64,000 nucleotides of DNA from assembly GCF_009914755.1 (NCBI RefSeq), contig NC_060946.1. The stretch is one strand, 5' to 3'. Below the pieces are notes generated by a model. That model did no database searches and was not told the DNA's origin. It saw only the letters and a program-made list of their open reading frames with translations. The position numbers were made by a program, and so were the translations under genes. This DNA is from the human T2T-CHM13v2.0 reference genome, Homo sapiens. Of the stretch, positions 1 to 25,372 are shown piece by piece; the first letter of the stretch is position 1, and every line of letters begins with the position of its first letter.

Positions 1-3000
1 TAACTCTGCACTGATTACCCAGGTGATGTAACGCTTGACTAGGCTCTGCCTATGGGGCATAGTGATATATCACTTCATAGATCACCGAGGTGATGTAACC
101 CTTCTCCAGGCTCTGCATATAGGGGGCCTAGTGACATATCTCTGCACTGATCATCTAGGTGATGTAACACTTGCTTATGCTCTGCCTGCAGGGGCATTGT
201 GAAATATCTCTGCACTGATCACCCAGGTGATGGGACTCTTCTCTAGGCTCTGCCTATTGGGGGCATTTTCACATATTTTTGCATTGATCACACAGGTAAC
301 ATTATCTTTTATTGGATTTGCCTATAGGGGCATTGTGAGATATCACTGCCGTGATCACCCAGGTGATGTAATTTTGGTATAAGCTTTGCCTAAAGGGTCA
401 TTGTGACAGATCTCTGCACTGATCACTCAGGTGATGTAACTATTGTCCAGGCTCTGCTTAAAGGGGCAATGTCACATACCTCTGCACTGATCACCCAGGT
501 GATGTAACTCTTGTCTAGGCTCTGCTTACAGGGGGTATTGTGACATATCTCTGCATTGATCACCTAAGTGATGTAACACTTCTGTAGGCTCTGCCTACAG
601 GGGCATTTTAACATATCTCTGCACTGTTAACCGAGGTGATGTAACTCTTGTCTAGGCTGTGCCCACAGTGGGACTGAGACATATCTCTGCACTGATTCCT
701 AGGTGACCCAACTCTTGCCTGGTCTCTGCCTACTGGGGATATTGTGACATATCGCTGCACTGATCTCCCAGGTGCTGCAAATTTAGTCTAGGCTCTGGCT
801 ACACGGCATTGTGACATATCACTGCACTTATCACCCAGGTGATATAACTCTTGTCTAGGTTCTACCTACAGGGTGCTTTGTGACATATACCTGCAATGAT
901 CACCCAGGTGATGTACCACTTGTCAAGTCTCTGCCTACAGGGATATTGCGATGTATTTCTGCACTGATCACCTAGGTCATGTAACACTTGTCTCAGCTCT
1001 GCCTACAGTGGCATTGTGACATATCTCCGCACTGATCATCCAAGTGATGTAACTCTTGTCTAGGATCTGCCTAAAGGGACTTTGTGACATAACTCTACAC
1101 TGATCATCCAGGTGATGGGGCTTTTGTCTAGGCTCTGCCTAAGGGGACATTGTGACATGCTTCTGCACTGATCACCCAGGGGACGGACTCTTGTCTTGGA
1201 TGTGCCTATGGGGGCATTGTGACATATCTCTGCACTGATAACCCAGGTGCTGTAACTCTTTTCTAGTCTCCGCCTATAGAGGGCGTTTTGACATCACTCT
1301 GCATGGATCACCGGGATTATGTAACTCTTGTCTAGGCTCTGCCCATGGGGGTATTGTGAGTTATCTCTGCACTGATCACCCAGGAGATGTGACTTTTGTC
1401 TAAACTCTGCCTAGAGGGACACTGGGACATATCTCTGCACTGATCGCTGAGGTGATGTAAAATTTGTCTATGCTTTGCCTACAGTGGGATTTATGACATA
1501 TCTCTGCACTGATTACCCAGGTGATGTAACTATTGTGTTGGATCTGCCTATGGGGGCATTGTGACATATTTCTGCACTGATCACCCAGGTGATGGGACTC
1601 TTGTCTAGGCTCTGAGTATGGGGGCATTGTGACATATCTCTGCAATGACCACCCAGGTGATGGGACTCTTCTCTAGGCTCTGCCTACTGGGGGCATTGTC
1701 ACATATGTCTGCACTGATCACCCATGTGTCGGACGGTTGTCTTGGATTTGCCTATGGGGGCATTGTGACATATCTCTGTACTGATCACCCTGGTTATGTA
1801 ACTCTAGTTAAGCTCTGCCTAAAGGGGCATTGTGACATATCTCCGCACTGATCACTCAGGTGATATAACTATTGTCTAGGCTCTGCTTAAAGGGGCCTTG
1901 TCACCTATCTCTGCACTGATCACCCAGGTGATGTAACTCTTGTCTAGGCTGTGCTTACAGGGGGTATTGTGACATATCTCTGCACTGATCACCTAAGAGA
2001 TGTAACACATCTGTAGGCTCTGCCTACTGAGGCATTTTGACATATCTCTGCACTGTTAACCGAGGTGATGTAACTCTTGTGTAGGCTGTGCCCACTGGGG
2101 GATTGAGACATATCTCTGCACTGCTCCCGAGGTGTTCCAACTCTTGCCTGGTCTCTGCATACTGGGGACATTGTGACGTATCTCTGCACTGATCACCCAG
2201 GTGATATAACTCTTCTCTAGGATCTGCCTACAGGGTGCTTTGTGACATACACCTGCAATGGTCACCCATGTGATATACCACTTGTCAAGGCTCTGCCTAC
2301 AGGGGCATTGCGATGTATCTCTGCACTGATCACCTAGGTCATGTAACTCTTGTCTAGGGTCTGCCTACAGGTTTCTTTGTGACATATCCCTGCAATGATC
2401 ACCCAGTTGATGTACCACTTCTCAAGGCTCTGCCTACAGGAACATTGCAACGTATCTCTGCAATGATCACCTAGGTCATGTAACCCTTGTCTCGGCTCTG
2501 CCTACAGTGGTATTGTGACATATCTCTGCAGTGATCATCCAAGAGATGTAACCCTTGTCTAGGATCTACCTAAAGGGACTTTGTGACATAATTCTGCACT
2601 GATCATCCAGGTGATGGGGCTTTTGTCTAGGCTCTGCCTAAGGGGGCATTGTGACATATTTCTACACTGATCACCCAGGTGACGGACTCTTGTCTTGGAT
2701 GTGCCTATGGGGGCATTGTGACATATCTCTGCACTGATCACCCAGGTGATGTAACTGTTGTATAAGCTCTGCCTACAGGGGAATTGTGAGAGATCTCGCC
2801 ACTGATCACCCAAGTGATGTAACTATTGTCTACGCTTTGCCTACATGGGGCTTTGTGACATAGCTTTGCACTGATCACCCAGGTGACGTAACTCATCTAA
2901 GTTCTGCCTACAGGAGCTTTGTGACATATCTCTGCACTGATCACTTAGGTGATGTAAAACTTTTATAAGTACTGCCTACAGGGAATTTTGACAAATCTCT

Positions 3001-6000
3001 GCACTGATCACCTAGGTGATGTAACTGCTGTCTACCCTCTGCCCAAGGGGGCATTATTAAATATCTGTGCACTGAACACCCAGGTAATTCAACCCTTGTC
3101 TAGGATCTGCCTACAGGGGTTATTGTGATATATCTCTGCGCTGATCAACTAGGTAGTGTAACTCTTTTCTAAGCTCTGCCTACAGGGGCGTTTTCACATA
3201 TCCCTGAACTGATGACAAAGGTGATGTAATTGTTGCCTAGGCTTTGCCTACAGGGGACATTGTGACATATATCTGCACTGATCACCCAGGAGATGCAACT
3301 CTTTCCTAGGCTTCGCCTACAGGGGACATTGTGAAATGTCTCTGCGCTGATCACCCAGGTGATGCAACTCTTCTCTATGCTCTGCCTACAGGGGACATTG
3401 TGACATATCTCTGTACTGATCACCCATGTGATGCAACTATTCTCTATGCTCTGCCTACAGGGGGCATTGTGACAAATCTCTGCATTGATCACTCAGGCGA
3501 TGTAACTCTTTTGTAGGCTCTGCCTACAGGGCCATTTTCACATATCACTGCACTGATCACCGAGATGATGTACTCTTATATAGGCTTCGCCGACAGGGGG
3601 CATTGGGACATATCTCTGCACTGACCACCGAGGTGATGCAACTCTTGTCTGGGATCTGCTTACAGGGAGCATTGTGACATATCTCTGCCCTGATCACCCA
3701 GGTGATGTAACACTTCTCTAGGCTCTGCCTACTGGAGGCATTGTGACGTATCTCCGCACTGATCACCCAGGTGATTTCACTTTTATCAAGGATATGGCCA
3801 GAGGGACATTGTGACATGTCACTGCACTGATCACACAGATGATGTAACACTTGTCTAGGCTCTGGATACAGGGGTCTTGTGTCACATCTCTGCACTGATC
3901 ACCCAGGTGTTGGAACCATTGTCTAGGCTCTGCCAAAAGGTGGCATTGTGACATAACTCTGCACTGATCACCCAGGTGATGGACTCTTGTCTTGGATCTG
4001 CCTATGGGGGCATAGTGACATATCTCTGCACTGATCACTCATGTGATGTAACGCTTGTCTAAGCTGCGCCTAAAGGGGAATTGTGACAGATATCTCCATT
4101 GTTCACCCAGGTGATGTAACAATTTTCTGGGATTTGTCTACAGGGGGCTTTGTGACATATCTTTGCACTGATCACCCAGGAGATGTAACTCTTGTCTAGG
4201 CTCTGCCTACAGAGGCTTTGTGACATATTTCTGCACTGATCACCCAGGTGATGTAACTCTTGTTTAGGCTCTGCCTACAGGGGCTTTGTGACATATCCCT
4301 GCACTGATCATCCAGGTGATGTAACTCTGGTCTAAGCTCTGCCCAAAGGAGCTTTCTGACAGATCTCTGCACTGATCACCCAGGTGATGTAACTCTTGTC
4401 TAGACTCTGCCAACAGGAGACATTGTGACATATCTCCACACTGATCACCCAGGTGATGTCACTATTATCAAGGATATGGCTACAGGGACATTGTGACATG
4501 TCACTGCGTTGTTCACACAGCTGATGCAAATCTTGTCTATGCTCTGGCTACAGGGGGATTGTGACACATCTCTGCACTGATCACCCAGGTGATGGGACTC
4601 TTGAATTGGCTCTGCCTACGTGGGCATTGTGACATATCTCTGCAGTGATCACGCAGGTGATGTAACTCTTGTCTTTATCTGCCTACTGGCGGCATTGTGG
4701 CATATTTCTGCACTGATCACCCAGGTGATGGACTCTTGTCTTGGATCTGCCAATGGGGGCATAGTGACATATCTCTGCACTGATCACTCATGTGATGTAA
4801 CGCTTGTCTAAGCTGTGCCTAAAGGGGAATTGTGACAGATATCTCCATGGATCACCCAGGTGATGTAAAAATTTTCTGGGATATGTCTACTGGGGGCTTT
4901 GTGACATATCTTTGCACTGATCACCCAGGAGATATAACTCTTGTCTAGGCTCCACCTACAGGGGTATTGTGACGTATCTCTGCACTGATCACCCAGGTGA
5001 TGTAACATTTATCTAGGGTCTGCCTACTGGGGCGTTTTGACATAGCTCTGCACAGATCAACTAGGTTATGTGACTCTTTTCCACTCTCTGCCTACAGGGA
5101 GCATTGTGAATTATCTCTGCACTGATCACCCAGGTGATGGGACTCTTCTCTATACTCTGCCTAGAGGAGGATTTGTGACATATCTCTGCACTGATCACCC
5201 AGGTGATGGAAGTCTTGTCTAGGCTTTGTCTATGGGGGCATTGTGTCAAATATCTGCACTGATCACCCAGGAGATGTAACTCTTTTCTAGGCTCTGTCTA
5301 CAGGGAATTTTGTGACAAATCACTGCAATGATCACCTAGGTGATATAAGCCTTGTATGGGCTTTGCCTACAGAAGGCTTTGTGACGTATCTGTGCACTGA
5401 TCAGTGAGGTGATGCAGCTCTTGTCTAGGCACTGCCTACAGGGGACATTGGTACATATTTCTGCACTGATCACCCAGGTGATGGACTCTTGTCTTAGATC
5501 TGCTACATGGACATTGTGACACATCTCTGAACTGATCAACCAAGTGATTAAACTCTTGTCTAGGCTCTGCCTACGGGGGCTTTGTGACACATCTCTGCAC
5601 TGATCACCCTGGGGAGGAAACTCTTGTCTACGCTCTGCGTACAGGAGGCTTTATGACTTATACCTGCACTGATAACCTAGGTGATGTAACTCTTCTCTAG
5701 GCTCTGCCTACACGGGAATTCTCACATATCCCTGCACTGATCACCCAGGTGATGTAACTCTGGTCTAGGTTCTGCTTACAAGGGGTTTTGTGTCATGTCT
5801 CTGCACTGGTCACCTAAGTGATGTAACACTTGTGTAGGCTCTGCCTACAGGGGCATTTTTACGTATCCCTGCACTGTTTAACCGAGGTGATGTAACTCTT
5901 GTCTAGGCTGTGCCCACTGGGGGATTGAGACGTATCTCTGCACTGATCCTGAGGTGATGCAACTCTTGCCTGGTCTCTGTCTACTGGGGACATTGTGACG

Positions 6001-9000
6001 TGTCTCTGCACTGATCTCCCAGGTGCTGTAAATTTAGTCTAGGCTCCGGCTACACAGCATTGTGACATATCTCTGCACTGATCACCCAGGAGATATAACT
6101 CTTCTCTAGGATCTGTCTATAGGGTGCTTTGTGACATATCCCTGAAATGATCACTCAGATGATATATTACCTGTCAAGGCTCTATCTACAGGGGCATTGC
6201 AATGTATCTCTGTACTGACCACCTAGGTCATGTAATTCTTGTCTAGGCTCTGCCTACAGTGGCATTGTGACATATCTCTGCACTGATCACCCAAGTGATG
6301 TAACTCTGTTCTAGGATCTGCCTACAGCGTGCTTTTTGACATATCCCTGCAATGATCACACAGTTGATGTACCACTTGTCAGGGCTCTGCCTACAGGGAC
6401 ATTGCGATGTATCTCTGCACTGATCACCTAGGTCAGGTAACACTTGTCTAGGCTCTGCCTACAGTGGCATTGTGACATATCTCTGCACTGATCATCCACG
6501 TGATGGGGCTTTTGTCTAGGCTCTGCCTAAGGGGGCATTGTGACATATTTCTGCACTAATCACCCAGGTGACGGACTCTTGTCTTCGATCTGCCTATGGG
6601 GGCATTGGGACATATCTCTGCACTGATCACCCAGGTGATGTAAAGGTTGTATAAGCTCTGCCTACAGGGGAATTGTCAGTGATCTCGCCACTGATCTCCC
6701 AAGTGATGTAACTATTGTCTAGACTTTGCCTACAGGGGGCTTTTGACATACCTTTGCACTGATCACTCAGGTGACGTAGCTCATCTAAGTTCTGCCTATA
6801 GGAGCTTTGTGACATATCTCTGAACTGATCACTTAGGTGATATAACACTTTTATAATCACTGCTTATAGGGAATTTTGACAACTCTCTGCACTGATCACC
6901 TTGGTGATGTAACTCTTGTCTATCCTCTGCCCAAAGGGGGCATTGTGAAATATCTCTGCACTGATCACCCAGGTGATTCAACACTTGTCTAGGATCTGCC
7001 TACAGGGGGTATTGTGAAATATCTCTGCACTGATCAACTAGGGGATGTAACACTTGTCCAGGCTCTGCCTAAAGGGGCGTTTTCACATATCCCTGAACTG
7101 ATGACAAAGGTCATGTAACTCTTGCCTAGGCTTTGCCTACTTGGGACATTGTGACATATCTCTTCACTGACCACCCAGGTGATGCAACTCTTCTCTATGC
7201 TCTGCCTACAGGGGACATTGTGACATATCTCTGCACTGATCACACAGGTGATGCAACTCTTCTCTATGCTCAGCCTACAGGGGATATTGTGACACATTTC
7301 TGCACTGATCACCCAGGTGATGTAACTCTTTTCTAGTCTCTGCCTACAGAGGGCGTTTTGACATCACTCTGCACGGATCACCCGTGTTGTGTAACTCTTG
7401 TGTAGCCTCTGCCTATGAGGGCATTGTGACTTATCTCTGCACTGATCACCCAGAAGATGTGACTCTTGTCTAAGCTCTGCCTAGAGGGACATTGGGACAT
7501 ATCTCTGCACTGATCCCTTAAGTGATGTAAAACTTGTCTAGGCTTTGCCTACAGTAGGATTTATGACATATCTGCACTGATCACCCAGGTGATGTAACTC
7601 TTGTCTAGGCTCTGCTTACAGGGTGTATTGGGAGATATCTCTGCACTGATCACCCAGGTGATGTAACTCTTGTCTAGGCTCTGCTTACAGGGTGTATTGG
7701 GAGATATCTCTGCACTGATCACCCAGGTGATGTAACTCTTGCCTAGGCTCTGCCTACAGGGGCATTTTAACATATCACTGCACTGATCACCGAGATGATG
7801 TAACTCTTCTATAGGCTTTGCCGACAGGGGGCATTGAGACATATCTCTGCACTGATCACCGAGGTGATTTAACTCTTGTCTCTGATCTGCTTACAGGGGG
7901 CATTGTGACATATCTCTGCCCGGATCCCCCAGGTGATGTAACTCTTGTCTAGGCTCTGCCTACTGGAGACATTGTGACATATCTCCACACTGATCACCCA
8001 GGTGATGTCACTTTTGTCCAGGATAAGGCTACAGGGACATTGTGACATGTCACTGCACTGATCACACAGCTGATGTAACTCATGTCTAGGCTCTGGCTAC
8101 AGGGGATTGTGACACATCTCTTCACTGATCACCCAGGTGATGTATCCACTGTCTAGGATCTGTCAAAATGGGGTATTGCGACATAACTCTGCACTGATCA
8201 CCCAGGTGATGGGACTCTTGTCTAGGCTCTGTCTACAGGTGCATTGTGACATATCTCTGCAGTGATCATGCAGGTGATGTAACTCTTGTCTATATCTGCC
8301 TACTGGCAGCATTGTGGCATATTTCTGCACTGATCACCCTGGTGATGGACTCTTGTCTTGGATCTGCCTATGTGGGCAAAGTGACATATATCCGCACTGA
8401 TCACTGATGTGATGTACCGTTTGTCTAAGCTGCGCCTAAAGGGGAATTGAGACAGATATCTCCATGGATCACCCAAGTGATGCAACAATTTTCTGGGATT
8501 TGTCTACAGGGGGCTTTGTGACATATCTTTGCACTGATCACCCAGGAGATGTAACTCTTGCCTAGCCTCGGCCTACAGGGGCTTTGTGACATATTTCTGC
8601 ACTGATCACCCAGGTGATGTTACTCTTGTTTATGCTCTGCCTACAGGGGCTTTGTGACATATTTCTGTACTGATCACCAAGGTGATGTAACACTTGTCTA
8701 TACTCCACCTACAGGGGTATTGTGACGTGTCTCTGCACTGATCAACCAGGTGATGTAACATTTATCTAGGCTCTGCTTACAGGGGCGTTTTGACATTGCT
8801 CTGCACAGATCACCTATCTTATGTAACTCTTGTCCACTCTCTGCCCACAGGGGGCACTGTGAAATATCTCTGCACTGATCACCCAGGTGATGGGACTCTT
8901 CTACATACTCTGCCTAGAAGGGGATTTGTGACATATCTCTGCACTGATCACCCAGGTGATGGAAGTCTTGTCTAGGCTCTATCTATGGGTGCATTGTGTC

Positions 9001-10134
9001 AAATATCTGTACTGATCACCCAGGTTATGTAACTCTTGTCTAGTCTCTGTCTACAGGGAATTGTGTGGCATATCACTGCACTGATCACCTAGGTGATGTA
9101 AACCTTGTATGGGCTTTGCTGACAGAAGGCTTTGTGACATATCTATGCACTGATCTCTGAGGTGATGCTACTCTTGTCTAGGCACTGCCTACAGGGGACA
9201 TTGGTACATATCTCTGCCCTGATCACCCATGTGATGGACTCTTGTCTTAGATCTGCCTACATGGACATTGTGACACATCTCTGAACTGATCAACCAAGTG
9301 ATGAAATTCTTGTCTAGGCTCTGCCTACAGGGGCTTTGTGACACATCTCTGCACTGATCACCCTGGGGAGGGAACTCTTGTTTACGCTCTGCCTACAGGA
9401 GGCTTTATGACTTATACCTGTACTGATAACCTAGGTGATGTAACACTTGTGTAGACTATGCCTACACGGGAATTCTCACATATCTCTGCACTGATCACCT
9501 GGGTGATGTAACTCCTGTCTAGGTTCAGCCTACAGGAGCGTTTTGACATATCTCTTCACTGATCACTCAGGTGATGTAACCCTTGTCTAAGCTCTGCCTA
9601 CAGGGGCATTGTGACAGATGTCTCCACTGCTCACCCATGTCATGTAACTGTTGTCTGGGCTTTGCCTAGAGTGGGCTTTGTGATATACATTTCCACTGAT
9701 CAAACAGGTGATGTAACCTTTGTCAAGGTTCTGCTTACAGGGGCTTTGTGACCTATCTCTACACTGATCACCCCAGGGAGGAAACACTTGTCTACACTCT
9801 GCCTACAGGAGGCTTTACGACTTATCCCTGCACTGATCACTAGTTGATGTAACACTTGTCTAGGCTCTGTCTACACGGGAATTTTCACATATCTCTACAC
9901 TGATCACCTAAGTAATGTAACCCTTGTCTAGGTTCAGCCTACTGGGGATTTCTGACATACCTATGCATTGATCACCGAGGTGATGTAAATCATTTCCAGG
10001 CTTTTTGTACGGGGGACCTTGTGATATATCTCTGCACTGATCACCCAAATAATTCAAATCTTCTCTAGGCTCCACAGGGAGGGGCCATTGTGACATATTT
10101 CTGAACTGATCATCCAGGAGATGTAACTATTCTC
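1..10134 (-). repeat. Beta-satellite (68-69 bp Sau3A/BSR) array
   Basis: Continuous diverged tandem monomers GATCACCCAGGTGATGTAACTCTTGTCTAGGCTCTGCCTACAGGGGCATTGTGACATATCTCTGCACT, the reverse complement of the orientation seen after 25369. Confidence 0.97.
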
Positions 10135-10270
10135 AAGGTGTTGGGAGAGCCTCAGCCGGAATTCCACGGACGGACACCAGCACAGAGAGGCCAGCAGGCT
10201 CCCTTGCACGTCAGCCAGTGTCTGCAATGAGCGCAGGTCTATCCAGGAGGATGGCAAAGAGAGCTAGATT
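10089..10270 (-). other. pLAM / DUX4 exon-3 homologue of copy 1 (24-bp deletion, no ATTAAA)
   Basis: Minus strand reads GGATAG|ACCTGCGCTCATTGCAGACACTGGCTGACGTGCAAGGGAG...; the poly(A)-signal-equivalent position is GTCACA (10089-10094). Confidence 0.85.
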
Positions 10271-10829
10271 TCTGCGTTCCACTGCTAGGGGCTCCATGGT
10301 GGCAGCTGGGAGGCTGCAGGGGCACGGGCAGTCCGGCGAAGGTGGCGCGGAGGCGCAGAGGAGGTGAGATGCCAGTGGGGTGTCAGGCCTGGACGCTGCG
10401 TGTGCCTGGTGTTTTGTGGGACGGCGGTCTCCACCCAGCCCAGGGGAGGACGCATTTTCCGGGGGTTGGGGTTGGGTGTGGGGAGAGGGTTGTCAGGCTG
10501 TGGTGGAGTGCTGGAAAGGCATGAGAACTCTGTCCGGGCTGCTCTCACAGCCCAGGCGGCTGCCCATAAACCCACCCGTGCACAGTAGGCCGCCCACCTG
10601 CTGGTACCTGGGCCGGATCTGGGATCCTCGGGATGCTCAGGAAAGAATGGCAGTTATCCACTGCGTGGAGTCTCTCACCAGGCCTAGACCTAGAAGGCAG
10701 GAATCCCAGGCTGGTCAGCTCGGTGGAGGTGGCGGGGGGAAGACACCCCACTCCATAGCCAGCCAGGTGTTCCCCGCGAAAGAGAGGCCACCGCCCTGCC
10801 CTGACCCGACCCCATCCCAACCCCACGTC

Positions 10830-12831
<2,002 letters not shown>

Positions 12832-12892
12832 CTACCACCCTTCTCTGCATGTTTCCGGGTGCCCGCAGGTCTCCGGGAGCAAACAGCATGGC

Positions 12893-13512
12893 CAACTTTT
12901 CGGGGGCCGGATAGAAGTGAGCAACAGGCCGCCTTGCAGAGGGCAAAGCCACGCGGAAACCAACATCACGCCTCCTTCGTCCCAAGTGTGGCTCCTCCGC
13001 GGTCGGGGCTGTCGGCCTCGTGCTCCGTTGTGGGGCTCAGCCTGGGGATGTGCGGTTTGTGATCCATGCCGGTGAAAACCTGATGCCAACCCGAGTCCCG
13101 GTCTTTTGTCTCAGAGGAAACTGCCCATTCCCTGGGCCAGGGAATCGGAGCGAATGACTGCTCCGCCGGCAGACGCGGCGGCTGTGTCCCGAGCCCTCAG
13201 CTTGTGCCGGATGCTTACCATTTTCCCGGAGGGCGGGGGTCCCGTTCCTCCGAGAGGCTGAAGACCACTTTTCCTCTCTGCCTTCCTCCCTCTGTCCCTG
13301 GCTCCCTCCCGCCTGCACCCAGTCACTGCGTCTCTCTTTCTTTCCCTCCGTTCCTCCCTGCTTCCCTCCCTCCCTCCTTCCCTCCTTTCCTCCCTGCTAA
13401 AGTCCCTCCGCCCATCCTTCTGCCCCTTTAGGTCTCTGGTTCCTCTCTCCATCTCTGCCCGCCTTCCCTCCCACCTGGAACGCTCAGCGTCCCCGGTGTG
13501 TGCCAGGCCTTG
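12893..13512 (-). repeat. Internal D4Z4 segment present only in the dimer, including a purine/pyrimidine-skewed tract
   Basis: Absent from the five single-unit blocks; CT-rich run at about 13270-13470. Confidence 0.85.
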
Positions 13513-13852
13513 GGTCTGCATTCCGCCGCCAGGCGCTCCATGGTGGCAGCTGGGAGCCTGCAAGGGCACGGGCGGGCCGGCGATACTGGCACAGAGGCGC
13601 AGAGGAGATGAGCCGCCGGAGGGGTGTCAAGCCTGGATGCTGCGCGTGCCCGGTGTTTCACGGGACGGGGGTCTCCACCCAGCCCAGGGGAGGACACATT
13701 TTCTGGGGGAGGGGGGTGGGGGTGGGAAGGTGTTGGTATGGCGAGGGTGGGGTGGTGGAAAGGCATGAGAGCTCTGCCCAGGGTGTTTCCACAGCCCAGG
13801 GGGCTGCCCGCAAACCAGCGCGTGCGCAGTACGCGGCCCACTTGCTGGTACC
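13513..13852 (-). repeat. LSau-like GC-rich segment following the KpnI site (homologues follow every copy)
   Basis: Position in the first ~340 bp of the KpnI unit matches the known LSau location in D4Z4; boundaries are approximate. Confidence 0.65.
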
Positions 13853-14073
13853 TGGGCCGGCTGTGGGATCCACAGGATGCCCAGGAAAGAATGGCAGTTC
13901 TACGCTCTGTGGAGCCTCTCACCGGACCTAGGCCTAGAAGGCAGGAATCCCAAGCCGGTCAGCCTGGTGGAGGGGGTGGGGTGAAGACTCGCCCCTCCAT
14001 AGCCAGCCAGGTGTTCCCCATGAAAGAGAAGCCACCGCCCTGCCCTGACCCGACCCCGTCCCAACCCCGCGTC

Positions 14074-15512
<1,439 letters not shown>

Positions 15513-16140
15513 TCATGAATGGCGGTGAGCCCTGGGACAGCCCGCACCACTCCAGAAGTGTCCCAGGGCGTCGAGGCCTGTGGCCGTGGGGTGGTGGGGT
15601 GGGGTGGGAGGGCGTGGTGATGGTGGTGGTGGGGCCGGAGAGACGAAGAGGAAGGAGGCGAGGGGGAAGGGGTGAGGGGGGCGCGTTTTGGGGGCTGGCT
15701 CTCCGGACCTCTCCAGGAATCCCGCAGGAACTGGAAGCCGCTCTGTGGGCTCCCACGCATCTTCAGCAGGGAGAAACCGGCCTGGGAGGGTGGAGGGGAG
15801 TGTGGAACTGAACCTCCGTGGGAGTCTTGAGAGTTCCAGGCCCTGTCTCCGTGAAGGAGGCAGTGCCTGTGGGTGTCGCCGTTGCTGGGACAGTCTCACA
15901 CGCGCAGGCGTGTGGCTCTCGTTTATTTCCACGTAGGAGACCAGAGCGAGACCACAGAGAGAAGATGCCTCCCCGGCGTGATGGCCTGACGATGGATTCC
16001 TGTGTGCAGAAACATGGGGAGTCTGCAGTGTGGTCGGTTTGGAACCTGGCAAGGAGAGCGAAGGCAGCATGTCAGTATTCCACCCTTCCCTGCATGTTTC
16101 TGGGTGCCCACAGAGCTCCAGGAGCAAACAGTCAGCATGG

Positions 16141-25359
<9,219 letters not shown>

Positions 25360-25364
<5 letters not shown>

Positions 25365-25372
25365 GGGGCATC
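25360..25372. other. Inversion junction of the composite array
   Basis: ...CCCAGGTGATGTAA | GGGG | CATCAGTTCAGGGATATGTG...; monomer orientation switches here. Confidence 0.95.

Noticed and set aside
1-10134. CRISPR-like appearance (conserved GATCACCCAGGTGATGTAAC core with variable intervals)
   Set aside because: The intervals are homologous to each other, the whole 68-69 bp unit is beta-satellite, and there are no cas genes.
13270-13470. Purine/pyrimidine tract and G-runs as novel non-B DNA elements
   Set aside because: Ordinary D4Z4 content; nothing specific to this window.
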